Notes: generated from the letters alone by a model not told the origin. Shown: positions 1 through 8,874, counted from the first letter of the stretch. The stretch: DNA of 59,127 nt from an uncultured Candidatus Saccharibacteria bacterium (GCA_964525295.1 CAZGEO010000002.1:324551-383677), one strand, 5' to 3'. Program-made: numbers and translations.

Positions 1-238
1 AGAAGATGAATTTACGCGATTAATTATGGTTGGACTAACGGTTAAATTATGGTTTGAGACATTCGTCAATATAGGTATGAATATGGGAGTTCTTCCAACA
101 AAAGGTTTTGCTTTACCATTTGTCAGTTATGGAGGTTCTTCGTTACTGGCGAATACAATTATTATTGGTATTATGCTGTCTTTGTACCGATTCGAGAAGA
201 AACATGATACAATTCCAACATCATTAAGGCTGGCGTAG
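1..238 (+). CDS. ftsW: FtsW/RodA (SEDS family) protein, 3' end only, truncated by the window start
   Basis: Frame is open from base 2 and contains the SEDS signature NIGMNMGVLPTKGFALPFVSYGGSSLL. FtsW versus RodA cannot be separated from this fragment. Confidence 0.85.
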   Translation, partial: EDEFTRLIMVGLTVKLWFETFVNIGMNMGVLPTKGFALPFVSYGGSSLLANTIIIGIMLSLYRFEKKHDTIPTSLRLA

Positions 239-302
239 CTCAGTTGGCTAGAGCACCTCTTTCGTAAAGAGGGGGTCGAGGGTTCGAATCCCTCCTCCAG
301 CT
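229..302 (+). tRNA. tRNA-Thr(CGT), no encoded CCA
   Basis: Cloverleaf: acceptor GCTGGCG/CTCCAGC (one C:T mismatch), D-arm GCTC/GAGC, anticodon arm CCTCT-TTCGTAA-AGAGG, T-arm GAGGG-TTCGAAT-CCCTC. Confidence 0.95.
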
Positions 303-303
303 T

Positions 304-449
304 TTTCCTATTTCCCCTTACACATTTTCATTCAGCAAACTTACTATTTCGCTTCAGGTAAACTGCCTGCACTTTACCTGTTACGCTCAGTTCGTTTGCA
401 TCTTGGCTTTTCGAGCAAATAGTAAAAATGCTGTTGGGGGAATAAGAAA
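304..449 (+). other. Long nested stem-loop directly downstream of tRNA-Thr
   Basis: Pairings 304-317/437-449, CAGCA 333-337/TGCTG 429-433, TTACTATTT 341-349/AAATAGTAA 417-425, GCT/AGC, and inner hairpin CAGGTAAA 355-362/TTTACCTG 373-380. Confidence 0.6.
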
Positions 450-460
450 TGGGTTTGGTG

Positions 461-596
461 TGGGGTTCGAAACTCAAAGGAAACAACAATAATTTATTGT
501 TGAGAGAAGAGTGGGACTGTGCCAAATAACCTCAAAAAAATCGAGGTGCAATTTCGGTGATGAATCAACGTAAGACAAATGTTATGAGATTCCTGA
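461..596 (+). ncRNA. tRNA-associated structured motif, copy 1 (Thr locus)
   Basis: Collinear with copies at 14346-14506 and 54453-54583; 528-568 is 36/41 identical to 54519-54559. Helices 461-467/528-534, 484-490/496-502 and 554-557/593-596. Confidence 0.7.
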
Positions 597-647
597 CTAG
601 TCGAATATTTCAATTATTATCTTCAAATCTTTCTTTGGGTAAAAACA

Positions 648-687
648 GGGTAGCGTTACAAGATAAAAATCATCAATAACGCTACCC
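648..687. terminator. Inverted repeat, probable terminator for the minus-strand gene at 701-1255
   Basis: GGGTAGCGTT 648-657 / AACGCTACCC 678-687 with a 20-nt loop; A-tract at 641-645 reads as a U-tract on the minus strand. Confidence 0.55.
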
Positions 688-700
688 AGTGAACATTACC

Positions 701-1255
701 CTACGGGTCATTTTTTTGTAGAAACGGCCCGTAGTCGATGACGGCAATAATTACAGTCATAATTATTGTCGTCAATATTACAAACAGTACCTTTTCTCCA
801 AGCATTTCTGCTGTTTTAGCTAAGCGGAGAAGGTAGAGGATTCCTGCAGCTGCAACTGCAAAGGAGATTGTATGGGAAAAAAATCTCGGAGTTAACCAAG
901 ATTCTCTCTTGAATGATGCGACTGAGAGCAAGGCTCCCATTATAGCACCAACCAAGAGATCCCTTTGCCAGTCTCCCCATTGGGATACATAAATGTATAC
1001 CCACGAGAAAACTGACAAACCAGCCCCGTATCCCAATGTACCAAGAAAAGTTGATTCCTCTTGGTCAAGGCTGGTGAAACGGAGCTTAATATTTTCTGTT
1101 AGGCTAATGACTATTGCAGTAGTCATCATCCCAAGAAAACTAAGCACATATGGCAGTAAACCATCTGTACCTAGTGCAAACACCATCCCTACCATAGCAG
1201 GAATGTTCTGGATACACTCAATTACGAGCACCCAAAGAAAAATCTTTAATTTCAT
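701..1255 (-). CDS. Multi-pass membrane protein, function unknown
   Basis: Several hydrophobic segments. Start moved to ATG 1255, which has AGGAG just upstream. Confidence 0.75.
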   Translation of the reverse strand: MKLKIFLWVLVIECIQNIPAMVGMVFALGTDGLLPYVLSFLGMMTTAIVISLTENIKLRFTSLDQEESTFLGTLGYGAGLSVFSWVYIYVSQWGDWQRDLLVGAIMGALLSVASFKRESWLTPRFFSHTISFAVAAAGILYLLRLAKTAEMLGEKVLFVILTTIIMTVIIAVIDYGPFLQKNDP

Positions 1256-1477
1256 TATTTCTCCTGATGCCCATAATTTGCTTGTTTCAAGCGAAGGCAT
1301 TGTTCAGAAGAGTAATAACTCTTACAAACACTACCTTCGACTTGAATTTTTTAATGTTCACTCACTAATTGAAATCTGACTAACAACGTCAAAAATTTAG
1401 TGTGCTAGCTATTATACTATGGGGTTTAATTTACTTCAACTAAAACATCTTGAAAATAAAATGTGCTAAACTTTCAC

Positions 1478-2098
1478 ATGACAACACTAAACCTCCTCAA
1501 CAACCTCAAAACCTATTACTCCGCCAAGGCCGAGCCAACCCTCGTCACTCTCCCCAAACTGCATTTTTTAGCAGTTGATGGCCATGGCGATCCAAATACC
1601 TCACAAGAGTTTAAAGATGCAGTAGAAGCTCTGTTTTCGGTGTCTTACACACTCAAATTCATGGTAAAAAAAGGCCCTATGCAAATTGATTACAAAGTTA
1701 TGCCCCTAGAAGGTTTATGGTGGTGTTCTACAATGGAAGAATTCACTGTAAAAGACAAGTCGAATTGGGATTGGACGTTGCTTATATTGCAGCCCGATTT
1801 CATCACAATTGAGATGGTAAAAGAAGCGAAAGAAAAGGCGCAATCGAAGAAGCAGAATGCAAAAATTGCGCCACTCAGGTTAATAGAATACGAAGAAGGG
1901 CAGGCAGTACAACTACTACATGTTGGGCCATATTCGGCAGAAGCTGAAAATATTCAAAAAATACACGATTATATTAGGGAAAGTGGTGGGAAGTTCAATG
2001 GATTGGTACAGAAACATCACGAGATTTATCTTAGTGATATGAGAAAAACGGCGCCAGAAAAACTCAAAACCATTATTCGCCAGTCATATGTTGTGTAG
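1478..2098 (+). CDS. GyrI-like small-molecule-binding domain protein
   Basis: Motifs FLAVDGHGDPN, YKVMPLEGLWW, QLLHVGPY and HHEIYLSD..KT.PEKLKTIIRQ. Start ATG 1478 follows TGCTAAACT. Confidence 0.85.
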   Translation: MTTLNLLNNLKTYYSAKAEPTLVTLPKLHFLAVDGHGDPNTSQEFKDAVEALFSVSYTLKFMVKKGPMQIDYKVMPLEGLWWCSTMEEFTVKDKSNWDWTLLILQPDFITIEMVKEAKEKAQSKKQNAKIAPLRLIEYEEGQAVQLLHVGPYSAEAENIQKIHDYIRESGGKFNGLVQKHHEIYLSDMRKTAPEKLKTIIRQSYVV

Positions 2099-3086
2099 GT
2101 GCAAGCTCTTTGACGATTTCGTTAAATTGATTATTCCAGGTATCGCCATTTGCACTTTTGATCAATTCTCCGTTAGTTATCATGAAAAATGGAGTCTTCC
2201 CATCGATATTCTGTTGTTGAGAAAGTTTGTAAGTAAGATAAATTTTTGACAAAATTTTGACTATTTGCGTCAGTTTTCCCATACCTAATCCACTAAATGC
2301 TGCTGCTATTGCATCAGCACTACTTGTTTCTAGGAATCTTACAAGTTTTGTAATATCTTTTGCAATATTTTGTAATAATCGCTGATTCTCGGTTATCAAT
2401 TGTCTTAGCAAAAAGTTTCCAAGTGATTCGGAATCTTCGAATAAGTGAATGGGAGAACTATTGTAAAATCCAAGTATTATTGGTTGGTCTCCTATGAAAA
2501 AATCCCCTCGTTTGAATTCTCGTTCAATTGCTGAACCTATACGGAATTCTTGAAATCTGGAGGCAGCAATCCTTTTTAGTATTACCCCTGCGGTAATATC
2601 ATTTAGCATTCGATAAAATATAATCGGGGGTATGTTATTCTTCTCGAAAAGTCGATTTAAGAGCTGAAACTTTGCAGCGTCACTTGTGATGTTATCAAAC
2701 AAGTACTGATGCACAATTGCAGATTGAATGTATTGAATTCTCAATCTCTCGTAAATAAGCGCAACAGAATTAATAGGAGTTTGCGAGTTTAATCTGTTAA
2801 TATTTGCTGAGGCCTCTTGCAATGTTCTCAATTCAGGTGAAAGTTGATTTTTTTGTGTATCTTCTAAAAGTAGTTCCCTAAAGTTTTTATGCGAAAAACT
2901 CCTACAAGTAAAAACTTTCCAATCGTGTGGTTTTCTTAAATCTACAGTCACATATTCTTTTACGCTATCTTTCAATGTCGGATCCATTCTTACTTCTTGG
3001 ATATTTAGCGCAGTTACAAGATTTTCAAATGCTTTTGATCCAACGAAGGTAGTAGATATTTGGTTTTTGTTATTAAGGTTGCCCAC
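2073..3086 (-). CDS. Hypothetical protein (337 aa)
   Basis: Long ORF filling the gap between recognised genes; no recognisable motif. Confidence 0.65.
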   Translation of the reverse strand: MGNLNNKNQISTTFVGSKAFENLVTALNIQEVRMDPTLKDSVKEYVTVDLRKPHDWKVFTCRSFSHKNFRELLLEDTQKNQLSPELRTLQEASANINRLNSQTPINSVALIYERLRIQYIQSAIVHQYLFDNITSDAAKFQLLNRLFEKNNIPPIIFYRMLNDITAGVILKRIAASRFQEFRIGSAIEREFKRGDFFIGDQPIILGFYNSSPIHLFEDSESLGNFLLRQLITENQRLLQNIAKDITKLVRFLETSSADAIAAAFSGLGMGKLTQIVKILSKIYLTYKLSQQQNIDGKTPFFMITNGELIKSANGDTWNNQFNEIVKELAPTQHMTGE

Positions 3087-3131
3087 TATTGAGCATTTTA
3101 CCCTATAGCGTGCTGTCTGTACAGAACGATA

Positions 3132-3401
3132 CTAAATAAAGCCTTGTATTGCTGCAACTAACCCGAGCGCAATCCAAATGATATTCAAGAAAACTGGTTG
3201 CCAATTTTTGTCTTTCCAGGCATCGAAAAGCATTGCAAGGGCGCCAGAAATATTGAGAAATATGACAAGATAACTTGAGGGAGGGTAGATACCAAGTGTT
3301 GTAACTGCATATGCGCCAAGAATTGCTAAAACTCCATACCAACTGAAACCTTCAATGATCATAATTGCTAAAGGTGAAAGTTTTGGTGTTTGTTTTTTCA
3401 T
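3132..3401 (-). CDS. Small membrane protein (CBU_0592-like pattern)
   Basis: Three hydrophobic helices with WYGVLAILGAY...LNISGAL...VFLNIIW. Start ATG 3401 has TATACT 5 nt upstream. Confidence 0.7.
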   Translation of the reverse strand: MKKQTPKLSPLAIMIIEGFSWYGVLAILGAYAVTTLGIYPPSSYLVIFLNISGALAMLFDAWKDKNWQPVFLNIIWIALGLVAAIQGFI

Positions 3402-3434
3402 TAAAAAGTATACTCTATTTTCTGTGTGCACAGC

Positions 3435-3476
3435 AAGTCCAACAAGTTGACAATATGTGGACTTAATTATTATAAT
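3435..3476 (+). promoter_or_regulatory. Sigma70 promoter with overlapping inverted repeat (candidate operator) for the TrmB-family gene
   Basis: TTGACA 3447-3452, 18-nt spacer, TATAAT 3471-3476, ATG at 3482. AAGTCCA 3435-3441 / TGGACTT 3458-3464 flank the -35. Confidence 0.7.
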
Positions 3477-3481
3477 ACATA

Positions 3482-4258
3482 ATGCAGTTGCAAAAAATGC
3501 TAGAAGAACTTGGATTAACCTCGAATGAAATCACCGTATATATGACCTTATTGAATTATGGTGGTGCATCAGGCGCTGAGCTACAACAGCTAACAGAATT
3601 TGAAAAATCATCGTTGTATAAATCTTTAAAGAGTTTAATTGATCAAAAATTGGTATCGACTACAGGTAGTAAACGAAAACAGCGCTTTTATCCAGCCGAT
3701 CACAATGCAGTCATTAATGAATTCGATAAAAAAATCGCCTCGATTGAAGCTGCAAAGAAAACATTTGCAGTTTTTGCTTCAAAGCTCGAAAAGTATGCTG
3801 CTGAGGCGTACAAAGATGACAATGTCAAAATATTTACTGGAGATAAGGCGATTTATAACTACCATAAAGAATTTCTTGCTAAAAAAATTACTATGCTACG
3901 CACAATAGCAAATTCACATGTAAGTCATAAAATCGGAAGTTCTTATGACGAAGTTAAGAAGGTAAATGAGTGGTTTATACCACAACGTGTTGCTAGTAAA
4001 ATTTCTATTCGAGTACTTTATGGTAAAAATGACAAACCAGATGAATACGATGTGAGTAATCAATCACTTTTAAAAGAATGTCGAAGTTATCCAAAAGACC
4101 TCAATTTGCCTAGTACTTTAACCGTTGGCGACACCTTGGTCGCCTTTAGTACTCTAAAAAGAGGAAAATTTTGGGGAATTGTGATAAAAGACAAATTGAT
4201 TGCCCAACTGCTCATAGCAATATATGACACATTATGGGAGCATGGCACAACAAAATAA
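3482..4258 (+). CDS. TrmB-family transcriptional regulator (wHTH plus effector domain)
   Basis: N-terminal LEELGLTSNEITVYMTLL...LYKSLKSLIDQKLV and a C-terminal PLD-like effector region ending IYDTLWE. Confidence 0.85.
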   Translation: MQLQKMLEELGLTSNEITVYMTLLNYGGASGAELQQLTEFEKSSLYKSLKSLIDQKLVSTTGSKRKQRFYPADHNAVINEFDKKIASIEAAKKTFAVFASKLEKYAAEAYKDDNVKIFTGDKAIYNYHKEFLAKKITMLRTIANSHVSHKIGSSYDEVKKVNEWFIPQRVASKISIRVLYGKNDKPDEYDVSNQSLLKECRSYPKDLNLPSTLTVGDTLVAFSTLKRGKFWGIVIKDKLIAQLLIAIYDTLWEHGTTK

Positions 4259-5579
4259 TAATCAGGGGCGAGAAGTACTTGAAGATATCTTACCCAAATT
4301 TAAGTTTGATCCGTCAACAACGAGAGTTTTAGAACCATTTACTCTGTCTGAGTTTGAATCACGAGTTGGCAATGAGCGTGAAAGTGCGCTTCATTATACA
4401 CAACGAATGTTTGAATCGTACAGAAGAACATTTAAAAGAGCGTTAGATTTGTCGTACAAAGAGGTTTTGCAACTTGAAAAAGAGTATGACAATAATGATT
4501 TACTTCGAAAAAATGATTCGAAAAATGTTTCACTTTCAGCTCCAAAGATTCTCAGAAAACTTCATGAAACCGGTGTTATTAACGAAGTGAAAAAAGCAGT
4601 ACAGGAGAATATAAACAGCGAAGAAATTATGATGGCGTTATTAGCTGAAGTAGCAATGATGTCTGGAGGAAGTGTTTTAGTGTCAAAAAAAGGTAAGCCT
4701 GCAAGTGATGCTGATAAGGATTACCGTAATTCACTCTTCGGTCATACTTTTGTCACAATGCAACCTAAAGCTCAAATACATTTTATATTAAGTCATTTTT
4801 GGGGTAGATTCGCACGAATTGTAGCTGACGATAAAGGTATTTTAGCTGGCAAAGACTTTGCTGCAAAAGACACTTTCTGGTCTGTTCTATCGCTTGGTTT
4901 ATCTCTACAGATTGCAGAAGGAACAGCTGATCCTGAAATAGTTAAAAAATGGATTACTGATCGACCTAATGGTGTCAAATGGCATATGAACCGTGACACA
5001 GGACAACAAAATTACGCTGACGCTCGACAAATTGCGATAAATCGGTTCATTGCAGGTACAAGTGATGTCGAATCAAAAATGAGAATGCAGCGAGTTTTTG
5101 AAAATATTCTCATCCGCAGTCAAAAGAAATTTTCAGCCGAAGGCCAACCAGGCGAAAGCTTTTATGGCGCTGATTTACAAGGCTTTCATGTAACCTATCG
5201 GGGTGAAAGAGTAAGAGATTTACACATCAAAACAACGCGGAATGGCCAGTTTATTCAATTTTATATCGATAGTGAAGAGCCAAGAACTGATAGAACACCT
5301 TGTGTTGTAAATTTGGCGTTACGAAAAAATAGTGCAGGGGGAATGATGATGCATATTAATAAATTTGTTGGTGATGAGCAATCAGTAGATTTACCGTTTT
5401 TCGTTGCGCACTTTGTGCCGTCACTTGCTGAAGCGATTAAAAATGTAACTGGTCAAAGTCTTGTCTTTTCAACTACATTTGATAAAGGAATTGTTGTGGC
5501 ACCGTTTGTAATGTTTTTGCGAAGAGGTTTTTTGGTAGAATCTTCAGATGATACGACGAGTGTCGTTTACGTGACGTAA
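4242..5579 (+). CDS. Hypothetical protein (~445 aa)
   Basis: Long ORF overlapping the TrmB stop. Start is 4224 or 4242. No recognisable motif. Confidence 0.7.
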   Translation: MAQQNNNQGREVLEDILPKFKFDPSTTRVLEPFTLSEFESRVGNERESALHYTQRMFESYRRTFKRALDLSYKEVLQLEKEYDNNDLLRKNDSKNVSLSAPKILRKLHETGVINEVKKAVQENINSEEIMMALLAEVAMMSGGSVLVSKKGKPASDADKDYRNSLFGHTFVTMQPKAQIHFILSHFWGRFARIVADDKGILAGKDFAAKDTFWSVLSLGLSLQIAEGTADPEIVKKWITDRPNGVKWHMNRDTGQQNYADARQIAINRFIAGTSDVESKMRMQRVFENILIRSQKKFSAEGQPGESFYGADLQGFHVTYRGERVRDLHIKTTRNGQFIQFYIDSEEPRTDRTPCVVNLALRKNSAGGMMMHINKFVGDEQSVDLPFFVAHFVPSLAEAIKNVTGQSLVFSTTFDKGIVVAPFVMFLRRGFLVESSDDTTSVVYVT

Positions 5580-7313
5580 TTAATTTACCGTCGCAATATA
5601 CTCATCAATTGTGCCAAGAAATTCATTCACTTTCTTATTCTTGACGTAGACAATTTTGTTTATGACTCGATTCAAGAAGTAACGGTCATGCGAGATAACA
5701 AACATTGCTCCTTTAAAATCATGAAGAACATCTTCAACAACTTTCATTGACGCAATATCTAAGTGGTTTATTGGTTCATCAAGAAGCAAAACGTTTGCAT
5801 CAGATATGGTGAGCATCAAAAATTGTAATTTACTTTTTTCACCTCCGCTAAGGTCACCGATTTTTTTGTTATCAACGGTGTCTTTCTCAAAATGAAAACG
5901 ACGAATTATACTTTGAAACTTGCCTTCCTCTTTGATATCGTGTTGATACAGCAGTTCACGAATTGTCAGCTCATTTGGTAATTGATTGTGATGCTGAGAA
6001 TAATAGGCGATTTTTATGCCCGGCCCAACGTAGAATGCATCATTGTTTTTCAATTGTGACAAATATCGGTCAGAAAAATCGCCGACGCCAAACAAACGCG
6101 GATCAAGTTCATGTTGATAGCAATATTTGACCAAAATCAATTTCAGTAGGGTACTTTTCCCAATACCATTTGCACCCAATAGCGCGACCTTATCTGATCT
6201 GGTTATGGTGATTGAGGTGTCAGTAAAAATAGGTTTTTCAGCTGAGAATTCAAACGAAAAATGTTCTAATTTAAGAACAGCATAACCCTGTGGAGGAAGG
6301 GCGGTTAGATTGAGTTTCAATTCTGCACGATCTTTAGGAGGTTCTGCCATCATATTCTTTTCAAAACGTTCTAAGCGAGATTTGGTAGCATTGTAGAGTT
6401 TTACGGTAACATAGTTTCCACCATTCCGTTCGTTTCGCTGAAATGCCTGTAGAATCGCAATTAACCTGTCTTTTTCTTTTTTTTGCATCTCATAATTATG
6501 AAGGAGTGCATCTCTGTTTGCTTTTTTCTGCCTTTCAAAGTGATCATAATTGCCTTTGTAGGTTGTTAGCGTGTAGTTATCAATTTCCCAAACTTGATTT
6601 GCAATCGTGTTTAAGAGGTGTCTGTCGTGAGAAACGATAATTATGCTTCCAGGGAAACCTTTGATAAATTCTTCTAGCCAGGCGCGTGCTTCCATGTCAA
6701 GGTGGTTCGTTGGCTCGTCTAAAATAAGTACATTTGCAGATTTGTTGAGTAAAACGGTAGCTAGCTCAACAATTTTTCGCTCACCTCCTGAGAGATATTG
6801 CAGTTGCATATCCCAGGTGATATTCCTTTTGCCCGCTGCATGCGACAATTCTGCAGTTTCGTAAATTCCAAGCCCATGAAGAACTTTTTCTATTCGTTCT
6901 AAAAGATCGGCTGCTCCGCTATTGAAATAGTTTTCTTGAAGTTCACCAAACTCGTTAAGGAGAGCAGTCGTTGTTTCTTCTGTTTGTAATCTGTTTAGCA
7001 CAGTATGATATTCGCGTTCCAAATCTAACAAATGCTGCTGCGTGTGCAAAACGTAATCAAAAACAGTCATCTCATCATGCCCAACCTTTTCTAGCATTTG
7101 TTTGAAATATGCGACTTTGGTGCCAGGATAGACGTGCACGTTGCCATCATATTCTTCATCATGCCCAGTAATGATATTACAAAAGGTACTTTTTCCTACG
7201 CCGTTATTACCAACCAAACCAATTACTTCGTGGTCGTCAACATAACCGGAAACCTTTTCAAACAAGAGGTCAGCTCCGAAAAATTTTTCAATATTAGTAA
7301 GTTCTAAGCGCAT
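5580..7313 (-). CDS. ABC-F family ATPase (ribosome-associated)
   Basis: Two NBDs (GNNGVGKST, LSGGE, LILDEPTNHLD; GANGIGKST, LSGGEK, LLLDEPINHLD) joined by a helical linker; no TM segments. Confidence 0.92.
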   Translation of the reverse strand: MRLELTNIEKFFGADLLFEKVSGYVDDHEVIGLVGNNGVGKSTFCNIITGHDEEYDGNVHVYPGTKVAYFKQMLEKVGHDEMTVFDYVLHTQQHLLDLEREYHTVLNRLQTEETTTALLNEFGELQENYFNSGAADLLERIEKVLHGLGIYETAELSHAAGKRNITWDMQLQYLSGGERKIVELATVLLNKSANVLILDEPTNHLDMEARAWLEEFIKGFPGSIIIVSHDRHLLNTIANQVWEIDNYTLTTYKGNYDHFERQKKANRDALLHNYEMQKKEKDRLIAILQAFQRNERNGGNYVTVKLYNATKSRLERFEKNMMAEPPKDRAELKLNLTALPPQGYAVLKLEHFSFEFSAEKPIFTDTSITITRSDKVALLGANGIGKSTLLKLILVKYCYQHELDPRLFGVGDFSDRYLSQLKNNDAFYVGPGIKIAYYSQHHNQLPNELTIRELLYQHDIKEEGKFQSIIRRFHFEKDTVDNKKIGDLSGGEKSKLQFLMLTISDANVLLLDEPINHLDIASMKVVEDVLHDFKGAMFVISHDRYFLNRVINKIVYVKNKKVNEFLGTIDEYIATVN

Positions 7314-7440
7314 GCTGCGCAATTTTCAATTTATAATTCTTAATTTTCAATAAGAAATGAGTAATTTGCTGTTTATTTGTGATTGGTAACAAAGTCAACT
7401 GCGAAAAAGCAGGACTCAAAGAAGCTAAGGAATTATAGCA

Positions 7441-8271
7441 TTAAGTTACGATTGTAGACAACCCTTTGACTACATGTTTCTTGATTGAATCAAAATCAAA
7501 TTCTCTATGAAAGAATTCTTCGACGATTACCTGCATTTGAAACGCAAACATATCCCAGCCTGTTCCAACATTTTTGCCCATTCTTTTTGCTTCCATTACT
7601 AATGGTGTATTTTCTATCTCGAATGTGATGTCTACGATCGAATCATGATTTGCAATCGCATTTTCGCTAAAGATAAAGTCTGTCACGCTTCCACCAATAT
7701 CAGAAACATTTACGAAAACATCACCGCTTGAACTCTCAAGTTCATTCAATGGTTTCACTGATTTTATAAATGGAAATCTGTCTTTTAGTTTTTGTGCATT
7801 TTCAAGTGTTCTATTGAAAATTGTTATCTCTGTGTTAATCTTTTCCTTTTCTAACATAAAGAGGAGTCCTTTTGCGATTGTTCCCGCGCCTACTAGGCTT
7901 ATCGTCTTTCCCTCGATTTGTGTCGTATGGAGAATATTTCTCAACATTCCCTTTCCACCTTGGGATCTACCAACTAAATGGCCATTATCGTTTGTCACAA
8001 ACCCGACTCTATTAACGAAACGAGAAACATCATCTAGATCGTCCAAAAGCGTAGGAAGTACTGGGTCTGATTCAAACCCTGCAGTAATTGCTCCTGAAAG
8101 ATTTAGATTTCTCATTCCTTCGACCAATGAGAGTGGATTCTCATTTTGAAATAAAACGTAAAGCGAGTTTAATTGCTGTTCTTCAAAGAAAGGGTTGTAA
8201 ATATTTAACCCTCTCGCACTCGCTGCTTTGTGAAAGCGTCCGAATATCTTTGTATTTTCATTTATGACCAT
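7441..8271 (-). CDS. Divergent shikimate dehydrogenase (AroE)-fold protein
   Basis: N-terminus MVINENTKIFG, Rossmann motif LVGAGTIAK, IFNRT and GWDMFAFQ. The canonical VTIPHK, AVNT and NTD motifs are altered. Start placed at 8271. Confidence 0.75.
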   Translation of the reverse strand: MVINENTKIFGRFHKAASARGLNIYNPFFEEQQLNSLYVLFQNENPLSLVEGMRNLNLSGAITAGFESDPVLPTLLDDLDDVSRFVNRVGFVTNDNGHLVGRSQGGKGMLRNILHTTQIEGKTISLVGAGTIAKGLLFMLEKEKINTEITIFNRTLENAQKLKDRFPFIKSVKPLNELESSSGDVFVNVSDIGGSVTDFIFSENAIANHDSIVDITFEIENTPLVMEAKRMGKNVGTGWDMFAFQMQVIVEEFFHREFDFDSIKKHVVKGLSTIVT

Positions 8272-8286
8272 GTACAATTGTACACT
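8272..8286. promoter_or_regulatory. Palindromic bidirectional -10 element between divergent leaderless genes
   Basis: The 15-bp gap contains the palindrome GTACAATTGTAC, giving TACAAT on both strands, 8 nt and 5 nt before the two ATGs. Confidence 0.6.
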
Positions 8287-8874
8287 ATGAAACTTGCTTT
8301 TGATCTTGACGATATATTGGCTTCTTTTCAGCATGGTTGGGTAGCATACAACGCTGAACGTTACCAATCTTCTGTGAAGTATGATGATATAACCGATTAT
8401 GATTATGCCAAGGTCTATAATATTCCAGGAGATGAAGTATATCGACGGATCTTCGAATTTTATGATTCACCATATATTAGTAATTTACTACCAGTTCCTG
8501 GTGCTCAAGATTTAGCTAAGAAGTTAAGTTCCAACCATGAACTTTTTGTTCTCACTTCAAGACCTACCGAATTAAGAGATTTGACTGAAAATTGGGTCAA
8601 TCAGAATTTTCCATCGATATTTAAGGAAGTAATTTTAACAAATCAGATTAGTCGTGATGGTCATAATCACAAGGTAACTAAAGCTGACCTCTGCCTTGAG
8701 AAAGATTTCGGATATTTAATTGATGATGCTCCGGTGTATATAAATCAAGTCGCTGCAGTAAATAAAAAAGCAATTGTGGTTACGAAACCTTGGAATGCAA
8801 CCTACAGTTTTGATGATTCAAATGTAACAAGAGTACCTGATATTTCTGAGGTTGCTCGAGTGATAGTTGGGTAA
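8287..8874 (+). CDS. HAD-superfamily 5'(3')-deoxyribonucleotidase (NT5C-like)
   Basis: Motif I LAFDLDDIL, motif II LTSRP, motif IV LIDD and KPWN. Start ATG 8287. Confidence 0.85.
   Translation: MKLAFDLDDILASFQHGWVAYNAERYQSSVKYDDITDYDYAKVYNIPGDEVYRRIFEFYDSPYISNLLPVPGAQDLAKKLSSNHELFVLTSRPTELRDLTENWVNQNFPSIFKEVILTNQISRDGHNHKVTKADLCLEKDFGYLIDDAPVYINQVAAVNKKAIVVTKPWNATYSFDDSNVTRVPDISEVARVIVG

Noticed and set aside
328-525. 65-aa minus-strand ORF downstream of tRNA-Thr
   Set aside because: Lies antisense across the structured non-coding region; no protein motif.
461-596. Hammerhead ribozyme reading of the motif (CGAAAC ... TGATGA)
   Set aside because: The core is incomplete: no CUGAUGA followed by a G-C closing stem II, the position after the putative stem III is not NUH, and the Asp copy has GAGAC and GTGACGA.
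5574-5585. Zero-gap convergent stops forming TAATTA
   Set aside because: A common consequence of genome compaction; no further signal.
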